This document shows positions 1 through 9,232 of a stretch of DNA of 64,000 nt, piece after piece; position 1 is the first letter of the stretch, and each line of letters opens with the position of its first letter. The stretch is from Actinomycetota bacterium (lineage in GTDB: Bacteria; Actinomycetota; CADDZG01; WHSQ01): assembly GCA_009380005.1 (NCBI GenBank), contig WHSQ01000006.1, positions 967 through 64,966 on the forward strand, written 5' to 3'. Under the pieces are notes generated by a model, which worked only from the letters and a program-made list of their open reading frames with translations, was not told the DNA's origin and did not search any database. A program made the position numbers and the translations under genes.

Positions 1-2
1 GC

Positions 3-980
3 GATGTGCCTTGCACGCTCGAGATCCAGAAAGAGGACAGCCAGGGTGACCCGAACCAGGCCCCCGCGCTGGCCGACAAGCTGATCGAGAACGAAGAGCT
101 CGTGTTCTGCTCCTGCCCGTACTTCTCGGGTGAGACCTTGGCCACGGGTGCGAAGTTCAGCCAGGCGGGGATCGCCATCTCGGGTACCGGAACGAACGAG
201 ACGATCGACGAGCAGGGCTACGAGACGTGGTTCCGTGCAGTCGCCCCGGACAACATCCAGGGTGCGGTCGCGGCGCAGTACATCACCGAGGCGGCCGGTG
301 CGAGCGCTCTTGCGGTCGTGCACGACAACCAGGACTATTCGAAGGGTCTCGCCGACGCCGTCATCGAGAACGCGGGCGACATCCTCGTCCAGAACAAGGC
401 ATACGTGATCGACCCCGAAGAGACCGATTACTCGGCGGTGGTGGCGCAGATCAACAACGCCAACCCCGACTTCGTCTACTACGCCGGGTACTACGAGGAG
501 GCAGGCCTCCTTCGTAAGCAGCTCACCGAGGCCGGTGTGAACGTCCCCTACATGTCGGACGACGGTGCACTCGACCCCGGCTACGCCGAGGGCGCGGGCG
601 ACGCCGCGGAGGGCACGCTGTGGAGTTGCCCGTGTGCCGACCCTCTGAAGATCGAGGGCGCGCAGGACTGGGTCGACCAGATGAAGGAGGAGTACGGCGA
701 GAACGCGCCGGGAACCTTCGCGGCCGACATGTACGACGTCACCAAGATCGTCATCGATGGTCTGAAGGAACTGGACGGCGACGAGGACATCGAGGAGGTC
801 CGGGCGCACGTTGTCGAGACCTTCCACAACGCGGAAGGCGTCCAGGGCGTAGCGAAGAGCTACGGCTGGGAAGACAACGGTGAGTTCCAGGGTGGCCCCG
901 GCGACATCTGGATCTACGAGTGGAAGGGCGACGGTTTCGAGTCGCTCGGTCCCGCACAGGAACTGATCGAGCAGGGATAA
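3..980 (+). CDS. Branched-chain amino acid ABC transporter substrate-binding protein (LivJ/LivK-like). The 5' end lies outside the window.
   Basis: ORF 6..980 has a frame open to the window edge. The sequence is type I periplasmic binding protein-like (AVVHDNQDYSKGLAD, DFVYYAGYYEEAG). It sits directly upstream of livHMGF-type genes. Confidence 0.85.
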   Translation, partial: DVPCTLEIQKEDSQGDPNQAPALADKLIENEELVFCSCPYFSGETLATGAKFSQAGIAISGTGTNETIDEQGYETWFRAVAPDNIQGAVAAQYITEAAGASALAVVHDNQDYSKGLADAVIENAGDILVQNKAYVIDPEETDYSAVVAQINNANPDFVYYAGYYEEAGLLRKQLTEAGVNVPYMSDDGALDPGYAEGAGDAAEGTLWSCPCADPLKIEGAQDWVDQMKEEYGENAPGTFAADMYDVTKIVIDGLKELDGDEDIEEVRAHVVETFHNAEGVQGVAKSYGWEDNGEFQGGPGDIWIYEWKGDGFESLGPAQELIEQG

Positions 981-1085
981 GCCCAAAGTTCCGGACGAGA
1001 GGGGGGCGGAGACGCCCCCCTCTCGGGTATCTTCCGCACCGGTTTGCATCACTTCTGATCAGCGGAACGACTCTCGGGGGAGATC

Positions 1086-2039
1086 TTGGACTGCAATCCC
1101 GGCCTGATTGGACCGGCACTGATCACCGGTCTCATCTTGGGCTCGCTGTACGCCTTGATCGCTCTGGGCTACACGATGGTCTACGGCGTTCTGAAGCTGA
1201 TCAACTTCGCGCACGACGCAGTCTTCGCCTTCGGTGCGGTGTCTACCTGGTACATCCTTGGACAGGTATTCGGTCTGGTGGGTCCGCAATCGGGGCTGAC
1301 CTTGGTCATCGTTCTCTTGGCTTTCCTGATGATCGGCGGACTCGCCTCCGGTGGTGTGGCGGTGGGACTCGAGCGGGTTGCGTACAGGCCGCTCAGGAAG
1401 CGACACGCGGCCAGGCTCTCGTACCTGATCAGCGCGATCGGCGCCTCTTTCTTCGCCACCTACATGCTGCAGCAAGACTTCCTGCCGTTCATGCTCGGAC
1501 CGGGTCCGCGTCAGTATCCCAACGTGATCGAGGCGGGCGCGGCCGGGTTCAGTTTCAGCCTCATGAACGTCCGTGTGACGGGTCCCCGCCTTCTTGTTGT
1601 GGTAGCTGCTTTCGTCTGTTTCTTCATCCTCGACCGGCTGATCAACAAGACCTCGACCGGACGCAGCATCCGTGCCCTTTCCGAGGACCCGGTCGCCGCC
1701 CAGCTGATGGGCGTCAACGTCGATCGGGTGATCGTCACGACCTTCTTCGTCGGCGGCTTCTTCGGCGGGGTCGCCGGCGCCCTCTACGGGACCCTGTTCG
1801 GCTCGATCGCCTGGAACCTGGGCTTCATCCCCGGCATCAAGGCATTCACCGCGGCGGTGCTCGGTGGTATCGGGAACATCCGCGGCGCGATGCTGGGCGG
1901 TCTCTTGCTCGGTCTGATCGAGAACGGCAGCACGATCTGTATCGGACCCGAGTGGAAGAACGTGATCGCGTTCACGATGCTGCCGCTCGTGCTGATCTTC
2001 CGGCCCACGGGCATCATGGGCGAGAGGATCGGCGGCTGA
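1086..2039 (+). CDS. livH: Branched-chain amino acid ABC transporter permease
   Basis: The 317-aa ORF has a typical LivH N-terminus (GSLYALIALGYTMVYGVLKLINFAHD). A GGGGGAG Shine-Dalgarno precedes the TTG start. The stop overlaps the next start (ATGA). Confidence 0.9.
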   Translation: MDCNPGLIGPALITGLILGSLYALIALGYTMVYGVLKLINFAHDAVFAFGAVSTWYILGQVFGLVGPQSGLTLVIVLLAFLMIGGLASGGVAVGLERVAYRPLRKRHAARLSYLISAIGASFFATYMLQQDFLPFMLGPGPRQYPNVIEAGAAGFSFSLMNVRVTGPRLLVVVAAFVCFFILDRLINKTSTGRSIRALSEDPVAAQLMGVNVDRVIVTTFFVGGFFGGVAGALYGTLFGSIAWNLGFIPGIKAFTAAVLGGIGNIRGAMLGGLLLGLIENGSTICIGPEWKNVIAFTMLPLVLIFRPTGIMGERIGG

Positions 2040-3340
2040 TGGCAAGCTCCGGAACCGCAGCCAAAACCAAGCGAGAGGACCTGCGCGCCTATCTCGACCG
2101 CAACTTCCCTCGTCTGTCGGAGAATTTGCCCGATGCGGCCGTAGGACCCATGAACGTGGCCTTCCAGGGTTGGCGGCGGATGGGTTACTTCCGCTACCTG
2201 ATCGCGGCAGCCTTGATGGCCACGATCCCCTGGCTGATGGACAACGACATCCTCCCGCTGCTTCAAGGCGGATACGGCATCAACGTCCTGTTCACCACCG
2301 GCTACTGGATCCTGCTGACCTTGGGTTTGAGCGTCGTGGTCGGCATGGCGGGTCTTCTGGACCTCGGCTACGTAGCGTTCTTCATGCTGGGGGCGTATAC
2401 GACGGCCCTGATGACCGACTCGGGCGGGCCCGACCAGTGGCACCTCGTTACCTGGTCGCCCTGGGTGGTGCTGCCCTTCGCGGTGATCGTGGCGATGGCC
2501 GCCGGTTTCATCCTCGGCGTGCCGACCTTGCGTCTGCGGGGCGACTACCTCGCGATCGTGACCCTCGGGTTCCACGAGATCGTGCGTCAGAGCGCGAACA
2601 ACCTCACGATCACGAATGGCTCCCGAGGGATCGCACAGATCCCGTCCCCGGTGATCGATCTTCCTTTCTGGAAGCTCGAATTCGGGCTCGATGCGGAGTA
2701 CCACTGGTGGTTCTTGCTGATCCCCTCGATCCTGCTGGCGGTGATCATGATCCGCCACCTCGACGATTCCAGGGTCGGCCGCTACTGGGCTGCGATCCGC
2801 GAGGACGAGGTCGCCGCCGCTGCGATGGGTGTTCCGGTGACCAAGATGAAGGTGCTCGCTTTCGTGATCGGAGCCTCGGTGAGCGGGGTGGCCGGCTGGA
2901 TCTATGCGATCAAGTTCGGCTATATCGCGCCCAACAGTTTCCCCCTGCTCCTATCGATCCTGGTGCTCTGCGCCGTCGTGATCGGAGGGTTGGGCAGCAT
3001 CGCCGGGGCGGTCCTGGGTGCCATCCTTGTGACTACGTTGCCCGAGATCGTGCGCGAGCTGTCCGGCAGTGAAGAAGTCTTCGGTTTCGACATCGAGGCC
3101 GGCCGTATCGCGGTGTTCGGTGTTCTGTTGATCATCGTCATGATCTACAGACCCGGTGGTCTGCTCGCGGCGCAGAGACGACGCACCGAGCTGCAGGAAG
3201 CGGGGGCGGCCGACGGAGTGGTGACCATATTGGCGGCCGACGACACCGGCGCCTCCGACACGGAGGGCGACCCCAGTGACCAACAGGTCAAGACCCGCGA
3301 TGCCGACCTCTGGGACGTGCAGAAGAAGGGCGACGAATAG
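2039..3340 (+). CDS. livM: Branched-chain amino acid ABC transporter permease
   Basis: In-frame ATG at 2039 inside track ORF 920..3340. It shows the LivM-type multi-TM pattern (GLLDLGYVAFFMLGAYTTALM). The upstream part of the long ORF is antisense noise. Confidence 0.88.
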   Translation: MASSGTAAKTKREDLRAYLDRNFPRLSENLPDAAVGPMNVAFQGWRRMGYFRYLIAAALMATIPWLMDNDILPLLQGGYGINVLFTTGYWILLTLGLSVVVGMAGLLDLGYVAFFMLGAYTTALMTDSGGPDQWHLVTWSPWVVLPFAVIVAMAAGFILGVPTLRLRGDYLAIVTLGFHEIVRQSANNLTITNGSRGIAQIPSPVIDLPFWKLEFGLDAEYHWWFLLIPSILLAVIMIRHLDDSRVGRYWAAIREDEVAAAAMGVPVTKMKVLAFVIGASVSGVAGWIYAIKFGYIAPNSFPLLLSILVLCAVVIGGLGSIAGAVLGAILVTTLPEIVRELSGSEEVFGFDIEAGRIAVFGVLLIIVMIYRPGGLLAAQRRRTELQEAGAADGVVTILAADDTGASDTEGDPSDQQVKTRDADLWDVQKKGDE

Positions 3341-4165
3341 ATGGCCGGCTTGATGACCGTCGATGGCGTCACGATGGAGTTCGGTGGTCTGCGCGCTCTC
3401 TCCGATGTGAACATCGAGATCGAAGAGGGCGAGATCTTCGGTCTGATCGGACCGAACGGAGCCGGCAAGACGACGCTCTTCAACTGCATCACCGGCGTCT
3501 ACGACCCGACCCACGGAAGGGTCGAGTTCGCCGGCGGCGCCATCACCGGCAAGAGACCCGACCAGATCGTGGACCTGGGTATCTGCAGGACCTTCCAGCA
3601 GATCCGGCTGTTCCCCAACATGACGGCGATGGAGAACGTGTTCATCGGAGTGGACGCCCGCCACCAGACGAGCGTGTTCGGTTCGATGTTCCGCAGCCCG
3701 AGACATCACCGCGAAGAAGAAGAGGGCGAGACTAAGGCGTTGGAGTTCCTGGAGTACTGCGGCATCCGCAAGTACGCCAACGATCTGGCCAAGAACCTCT
3801 CCTACGGAGACCAGCGCCGGCTGGAGATCGCCAGGGCGCTCGGCACGAAGCCCAAGCTGTTATTGCTGGACGAACCCGCCGCCGGCATGAACCCGGTCGA
3901 GAAGAACGGCCTCCGGGATCTCGTTCGGAAGATCCGTGACTCGGGCGTGACCGTTCTCCTGATCGAGCACGACATGAAGGTCGTCATGGGTCTGTCCGAC
4001 CGGGTCGCGGTGCTCGACCACGGCGAGCGCATCGCTTTCGGGAAGCCGGAGGAGGTCCAGAAGGACCCTAAGGTCGTCGAGGCCTATCTCGGCACCGGGG
4101 CAGGCGGCCAGGCGGGCCAGACCGCCCCCGGTGGAACCGCGGGATCGGGGAGCCAAGGTGGCTGA
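3341..4165 (+). CDS. livG: Branched-chain amino acid ABC transporter ATP-binding protein
   Basis: Walker A GPNGAGKTT, signature LSYGDQRRLEIARAL and Walker B LLLLDEP are present. The start immediately follows the livM stop. Confidence 0.92.
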   Translation: MAGLMTVDGVTMEFGGLRALSDVNIEIEEGEIFGLIGPNGAGKTTLFNCITGVYDPTHGRVEFAGGAITGKRPDQIVDLGICRTFQQIRLFPNMTAMENVFIGVDARHQTSVFGSMFRSPRHHREEEEGETKALEFLEYCGIRKYANDLAKNLSYGDQRRLEIARALGTKPKLLLLDEPAAGMNPVEKNGLRDLVRKIRDSGVTVLLIEHDMKVVMGLSDRVAVLDHGERIAFGKPEEVQKDPKVVEAYLGTGAGGQAGQTAPGGTAGSGSQGG

Positions 4166-4883
4166 ACCACTTCTCGAGCTCAGAGACGTCCACGTTCGCT
4201 ACGGCGTGATCGAGGCCGTGCGAGGGATCAGCCTCACGGTCGCCGAGGGCGAGGTCGTCACCCTGATCGGTGGCAACGGTGCCGGCAAGACGACGACGCT
4301 GCGCGCCATCTCCATGGTGCACGGCCCCTCACAAGGTCAGATCTTCTTCCGCGGGGAGGAGATCACATCGCTGCGGAGCGACCAGGTCGTAGCCAGGGGG
4401 ATCATCCAGGTGCCCGAAGGGCGACACATCTTCCCGAACATGTCCGTGGCGGAGAACCTCTCGATGGGTGCCTTCCAGCGCCGCAAGGCGCCTCGCAAGG
4501 AGATCTCGGAAGAGATCGATCGGGTCTTCACGCTCTTCCCCATTCTGAAGGAACGCTCGAAGCAGGCGGGCGGGACCCTCTCCGGTGGAGAGCAGCAGAT
4601 GCTCGCTATCGGCCGGGCGCTCATGGCGAAGCCGAAGCTCTTGATGCTCGACGAGCCCTCGATGGGTCTCGCCCCGCAGGTGGTCGAGACCGTTTTCGAG
4701 GTGATCCACACGATCAACAGCGAGGGCATCCCCGTGTTGCTGATCGAGCAGAACGCTCAGATGGCGCTCAATTCGGCCCGGCGGGGCTACGTGATCGAGA
4801 CCGGCGAGATCGTGCTCGAAGACGAGGCGAAGACCCTGCTCGGCAACGAGCGTGTACGCAAGGCGTACCTCGGCGAGGAGTAG
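4158..4883 (+). CDS. livF: Branched-chain amino acid ABC transporter ATP-binding protein
   Basis: Walker A GGNGAGKTT, signature LSGGEQQMLAIGRAL and Walker B LLMLDEP are present. The GTG at 4158 has a GGGGAG Shine-Dalgarno and is preferred over the track start at 4131. Confidence 0.9.
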   Translation: MAEPLLELRDVHVRYGVIEAVRGISLTVAEGEVVTLIGGNGAGKTTTLRAISMVHGPSQGQIFFRGEEITSLRSDQVVARGIIQVPEGRHIFPNMSVAENLSMGAFQRRKAPRKEISEEIDRVFTLFPILKERSKQAGGTLSGGEQQMLAIGRALMAKPKLLMLDEPSMGLAPQVVETVFEVIHTINSEGIPVLLIEQNAQMALNSARRGYVIETGEIVLEDEAKTLLGNERVRKAYLGEE

Positions 4884-5109
4884 GAACGGTTCGAGAGTAC
4901 CGTTGGCTGGTACTAGGCCCAAACCAAGGGGGAAACGCATGACCAGATCGCAAGGTCCACCGGTTCCCCACTAATCCCCTCCTCCGCGAGAAATATGGCT
5001 TCCACCAACCCGCTCCCGGCACCGACGGCGGCCCTTCGTCAGTTTCAGACCCACCCGCGTCGCCGACTCCTTCTATCCGGCTGCTCGGCTCCCTATACTT
5101 GGTTGTCCC

Positions 5110-5394
5110 ATGCGCATCGAACGGAACCTCAACGCGCTCACGGACCACCTGAACCAGGCCCGCGAGGAGCTTCGGATCGTCGAGGAGCAGATCCTCTTCC
5201 AGATGGACGTCGTCGAGGAGACCAAGACCCGGATGCTGGTGTCGGAGACGCCGCTCGCCGACCGCGACCACCACGAGGCCCGTGCCGACCACGAGCGGAT
5301 GCTGAAGGAGCGGGCGCGGATCCAGGCGCGGATGGCCGAGCTCCAGCGAGAGCAGGACCGTCTGTTGGACCGGATGCTCGGATCCCGTACCTGA
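5110..5394 (+). CDS. Hypothetical small coiled-coil protein
   Basis: 94-aa ORF with strong GC3 bias and heptad-like charged sequence. There is no Shine-Dalgarno, and a TATACT hexamer ends 10 nt before the ATG, so the transcript may be near-leaderless. Confidence 0.6.
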   Translation: MRIERNLNALTDHLNQAREELRIVEEQILFQMDVVEETKTRMLVSETPLADRDHHEARADHERMLKERARIQARMAELQREQDRLLDRMLGSRT

Positions 5395-5478
5395 CCCGCT
5401 TCGGCGCGCGAGCGCATTCGGCTCCGGGCGCGTAAGCTCGGGTCCTCGGTGTCACCCTCGGCTGGGCAGGAGAAGCTC

Positions 5479-6099
5479 ATGACGGACGGAACCGCGACCG
5501 GCCCGGCGCCGGCCGCCGCCACCACCCCGGCGCGCCCGCGGCCCAAGATCCTCATCGCCGAGGACGAGGCCATCATCCGGCTCGACCTCAAGGAGATGCT
5601 GGAGGAAGAGGGCTTCGAGGTCGTCGGCGAGGCTTCCGACGGGGAGGCGGCGATCCGGCTGGCCACGGAGCGAGCGCCGGATCTCGTGATCATGGACATA
5701 AAGATGCCGGGCATGGACGGTCTGACCGCGGCCGAGAGGATCGTGGAGGCCGACGTGGCCGCGGTGCTGATCCTCACGGCGTTCTCGCAACGCGACCTCG
5801 TCCAGCGCGCCGCCGAGGCCGGAGCGATGGGATACCTCGTCAAGCCGTTCCAGAAGTCCGACCTGATGCCGGCGCTGGACATCGCCCTCGCGCGGTACCA
5901 GGAGCTGAGGGTCGTCCGCCGCGAGAGCGCGTCGCTGGCGGATCAGCTGGAGACTCGCAAGCTCGTCGACAGGGCCAAGGGCAAGCTGATGGATAGCCGG
6001 GGCCTGAGCGAGGCCGAGGCCTTCCGTCACATCCAGAAGCGGGCCATGGACGAACGAAGCCCCATGCGCGAGGTGGCCGCCTCGATCCTCGAGGACTGA
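5479..6099 (+). CDS. pdtaR: ANTAR-domain response regulator (PdtaR-like transcription antiterminator)
   Basis: Receiver domain (KILIAEDEAIIRLDL, DLVIMDIKMPGMDG, YLVKPF) followed by an ANTAR helix region (RKLVDRAKGKLM...AFRHIQKRAMD). The ATG at 5479 has an AGGAG Shine-Dalgarno. Confidence 0.9.
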   Translation: MTDGTATGPAPAAATTPARPRPKILIAEDEAIIRLDLKEMLEEEGFEVVGEASDGEAAIRLATERAPDLVIMDIKMPGMDGLTAAERIVEADVAAVLILTAFSQRDLVQRAAEAGAMGYLVKPFQKSDLMPALDIALARYQELRVVRRESASLADQLETRKLVDRAKGKLMDSRGLSEAEAFRHIQKRAMDERSPMREVAASILED

Positions 6100-6242
6100 G
6101 CCCGCTCCATTCTCTGGGCGTTGCTACTCGCCCTCAGCCTGTCGGTGCCGCGTGTGCCGACACCGGCGGCGGCGGCGGTGGTGGGTAATGGTGATGGGGC
6201 GCAGGAGACCTGTGACGCCGACGAGTTCGGCTGTGTCGAGGT

Positions 6243-6446
6243 CTCCCCCGTCCCGGCGAGGCGCGCGGCGAAGTCGAGACCCGCGGGGCCGTGGTAGAGG
6301 CCGCCGTCGATGTGTGCGGAAGATACATCGATCAGGCGCGCGGCCCCCGAGATCTTCCCCATGCGCACGAGGATCTTCATCGCCAGCGCCGTAGCTTCGC
6401 CCTCCGCGCCCGACAGACACGCGCGATCCCACTCGCTGAGCTGCAT
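6243..6446 (-). pseudogene. N-terminal stump (about 68 codons) of an aconitase X / DUF521-family gene
   Basis: MQLSEWDRACLSGAEGEATALAMKILVRMGKISGAARLIDVSSAHIDGGLYHGPAGLDFAARLAG matches the conserved DUF521 N-terminus. Similarity then stops, and the ORF runs into low-complexity sequence and the pdtaR 3' end. Confidence 0.6.
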
Positions 6447-6484
6447 CGCCAGACCCTATCGAGTCCGCGTAGGATGCACGGCTC

Positions 6485-8107
6485 ATGGAGCAGGGATACG
6501 ACGCCATCGTCATCGGGGCAGGCCACAACGGGTTGACGTGCGCGGCGTATCTCGGCAAGGCCGGGCTGCGCACGATCGTCCTGGAGCGTCGAGACATCGT
6601 CGGGGGCGCGACCGTGACCGAAGAGGTGTGGCCGGGCTACAAGGTCTCGACGGCCTCCTACGTCGTCAGCTTGTTGTCCGAGCGCGTCGTCGCGGATCTC
6701 GACCTTCAGCGCCATGGCTACCGCGTCTACCCGATCGATCCTGCGTACTTCGCCCCCCTCGAAGGCGACCGTGGCGTCTTGATGTGGGAGGACCCCCGCA
6801 AGGCGGCGGAGGAGCTCGCCGGGATCGACGGGCGCGACGCCGCGCGGTATCCGGATTACAGCCGGGATCTCGAGCACCTCGCGCACCTCGTTCGTCCGTT
6901 GCTCCATCGCATCCCCCCGGGGGTAGAGATGCGAAGCCTCGGAGACGTGAAGGAAGCGCTCGGGTTGGGGACCTACATGCTGCGCCGACGCAAGGATCTC
7001 TCGGCTCTCGTCGATCTGATGACGATGTCGTGCGCGGACTTCCTCGAGCGTTACTTCCGCAACGACGAGATCAAGGGCGTCCTGGCCCCCGGCGGCGTCA
7101 TAGGCATGTGGGGCGGTCCCATGAGCCCCGGCTCGGCCTACGTCTTGCTCCATCATCGGATGGGCGAGGTCGACGGGATGAGCAGCGCGTGGGGCTTCGT
7201 CCGCGGGGGCATGGGAACCGTTGCCGGCGCGATCGCGTCGAGCGCGGCGGCGGCCGGTGTCGAGATCCGCACCGGGGCCGAGGTGGCCGGGATCGGGGTC
7301 GATGACGGGAAGGCACGCTCCGTGCGGTTGGCGGACGGCACCGAGCTCTCCGCTCCGATCGTCGCTTCCGGGATCCATCCCCAGACCACCTTCCTCGACC
7401 TGGTCGGCCGTGGACACCTGCCGGACGACCTCGTGACCGAGATCGAGCACCTGCGCACCCGCAGCGCCTCGGCGAAGGTCAACTTCGCCCTGTCCGAGCT
7501 CCCGGACTACAGCGGGAGACCGGGCCGCGAGCTCGGCCCCCAACATCCGGAATGCATCATCAGCCCGAGCCTGACTTACCTCGAGAGGGCGTGGGACGCC
7601 GTGAAGTACGGGCACGTCTCCGAGCGGCCGATGATCGACGCGGTCATCCCGACGACGAAAGACGATTCCATCGCTCCGGAAGGGAAGCACATCATGACGT
7701 GCTTCACCCAGTACGTGCCGTACAGTCCGGCCGACGGCCCGTGGGACGGCGCGAAGCGCGATGCGCTGGCGGATCGCGTCGCCGATACGTTCGAGGAGTA
7801 CGCCCCCGGCTTCAAGGGATCGATCGAGCATCGTCAGGTCTTGACGCCGTTCGACCTCGAGGAGCGCTTCGGCTTGCTCGGCGGCAACATCTTCCACGGC
7901 GAGATGGCGCTGGACCAGCTGCTCTCGTTCCGCCCCGCGCCTCAGGTCCCCGCCTACTCGACCCCGGTGAAGGGTCTCTACCTCTGCGGCTCGGGCACCC
8001 ACCCGGGCGGGGGAGTCATGGGGATCCCCGGCTACAACGCCGCCCGCGTGATAGTCCGCGACAAGAACCGCGCAGACCGAAGGGATCGAGCCCAACGCAG
8101 GGCCTAG
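6485..8107 (+). CDS. NAD(P)/FAD-dependent oxidoreductase, phytoene desaturase (CrtI)-related family
   Basis: Rossmann motif YDAIVIGAGHNGLTCAAYLGKAG at the N-terminus, 540 aa, with a C-terminal GSGTHPGGGVMG motif typical of CrtI-like amine-oxidase-fold enzymes. Confidence 0.85.
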   Translation: MEQGYDAIVIGAGHNGLTCAAYLGKAGLRTIVLERRDIVGGATVTEEVWPGYKVSTASYVVSLLSERVVADLDLQRHGYRVYPIDPAYFAPLEGDRGVLMWEDPRKAAEELAGIDGRDAARYPDYSRDLEHLAHLVRPLLHRIPPGVEMRSLGDVKEALGLGTYMLRRRKDLSALVDLMTMSCADFLERYFRNDEIKGVLAPGGVIGMWGGPMSPGSAYVLLHHRMGEVDGMSSAWGFVRGGMGTVAGAIASSAAAAGVEIRTGAEVAGIGVDDGKARSVRLADGTELSAPIVASGIHPQTTFLDLVGRGHLPDDLVTEIEHLRTRSASAKVNFALSELPDYSGRPGRELGPQHPECIISPSLTYLERAWDAVKYGHVSERPMIDAVIPTTKDDSIAPEGKHIMTCFTQYVPYSPADGPWDGAKRDALADRVADTFEEYAPGFKGSIEHRQVLTPFDLEERFGLLGGNIFHGEMALDQLLSFRPAPQVPAYSTPVKGLYLCGSGTHPGGGVMGIPGYNAARVIVRDKNRADRRDRAQRRA

Positions 8108-8112
8108 CACCA

Positions 8113-8159
8113 AGCTTCGGGTCGCCCGTTACGCTATGCGTAACTGACACCCCAAAGCT
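8113..8159. repeat. 47-bp hairpin-forming repeat, copy A. It flanks the 3' end of the DUF559 gene.
   Basis: AGCTTCGGGTCGCCCGTTACGCTATGCGTAACTGACACCCCAAAGCT is an imperfect palindrome with core GTTACGC-ATA-GCGTAAC. It matches copy B at 39 of 47 positions (aligned by eye). Confidence 0.75.
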
Positions 8160-9075
8160 AGACGCGGAACTGCGTGAGCGGTGGCGTGTCCAATGCGCGT
8201 CTCAACCTCGCCATCACTGTGGTGGGCTCATACTTCAGTTGCAGCCACGTCACCTGAAGCACTCGCCACCCTCGACTTGCAAGCTCACTGACTCGCTTCC
8301 GATCGGATTCGAAAGCCCGGCGTCCATCGTGCCAGCGATACCCATCGGCTTCGATCGCGATCCCGAACTCTGGGTAGGCGAGGTCGATGTAGGCGGCGAA
8401 CGATCCGTCTACGCACGGCCACTGACAGACGGGTATCGGCAGCCCGTCCTGTTTGATCGCTCGCAGCATCAGACGCTCGAACGCGCTCCCGGTGAGACCT
8501 TGCTCGGCCTCGCGTTCCGCAACCAGCTTCCTGATCAAGCGGCCACCGGGCCGACCCGGAACGCACAACGCCTCCATCCGCTCGATGAACAGGCTTCTCT
8601 TCATTCCTCGCCGGATGGCCGAATCGAGGAGCGCATCGGTCTCCTGCTCGGATAGCCGCCTGGCGCAGTCGATGACCGTCCGAGGCATCGTCGTGACGTG
8701 GAGACCGCGCAACTGTGCCCGGTCCTGTCTGGAGACCTCACCTCGCCATGGCGTCAGGCCTCGGGGCATGTTGCGGCGGTCGCGCATCTGGATGTCGATG
8801 CCACGCGCGACAGGGAGGTCCAGGTCGAGCAACCGCGCGGCCGTCCGTGCGCACAGGATCCCATCCCGCGACCACAGCTGCCCCGCCCATGCCGCCTGCA
8901 TGAAGGAGCGTGGGGCGCCTACCAACGCATACACCTGGGGATGGACGCGGCGGAGGACGCCTGCCGTCACCAGCCTGTGGATCGATGGGCCGGATAGTGA
9001 GTGGCGCCTCAGCTGTTGAAGATGGATGACGCCGGCTTGGCGCGCCGCGATCCGATGCCACTTCTGTTCCCTCAT
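8158..9075 (-). CDS. DUF559 (Vsr-like endonuclease fold) protein with an AbiEi-like N-terminal domain
   Basis: The 305-aa N-terminus (AARQAGVIHLQQLRRHSLSGPSIHRLVTAGVLRRVHPQVY) is AbiEi_4-like. The C-terminus (IAIEADGYRWHDGRRAFESDRKRVSELASRGWRVLQVTW) is the DUF559 signature. Confidence 0.85.
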   Translation of the reverse strand: MREQKWHRIAARQAGVIHLQQLRRHSLSGPSIHRLVTAGVLRRVHPQVYALVGAPRSFMQAAWAGQLWSRDGILCARTAARLLDLDLPVARGIDIQMRDRRNMPRGLTPWRGEVSRQDRAQLRGLHVTTMPRTVIDCARRLSEQETDALLDSAIRRGMKRSLFIERMEALCVPGRPGGRLIRKLVAEREAEQGLTGSAFERLMLRAIKQDGLPIPVCQWPCVDGSFAAYIDLAYPEFGIAIEADGYRWHDGRRAFESDRKRVSELASRGWRVLQVTWLQLKYEPTTVMARLRRALDTPPLTQFRV

Positions 9076-9123
9076 CTCCCGAGCATCCGCCGCGGGACAT
9101 CGTCACTCTGTGCCCAGAGCCAC

Positions 9124-9170
9124 AGCTTCGGGTCATGCGTTCCGCTACGCGCAACCGACGCCCCAAAGCT
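9124..9170. repeat. 47-bp hairpin-forming repeat, copy B, about 50 nt upstream of the DUF559 start
   Basis: AGCTTCGGGTCATGCGTTCCGCTACGCGCAACCGACGCCCCAAAGCT is in direct orientation relative to copy A. The similarity also shows in the track as SFGSPVTLCVTDTPKL versus SFGSCVPLRATDAPKL. Confidence 0.75.
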
Positions 9171-9232
9171 TGGGCCGAACCTGAGGGGAGTCGAGGGAGG
9201 GTGCTGCCTGAATCGTTGGGCGCCGGGTTTGG

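Noticed and set aside
8158-9075. AbiEi-like N-terminal domain as part of an AbiE toxin-antitoxin pair.
   Set aside because: No AbiEii nucleotidyltransferase gene is adjacent. The domain is fused to DUF559, as in many stand-alone actinobacterial proteins.
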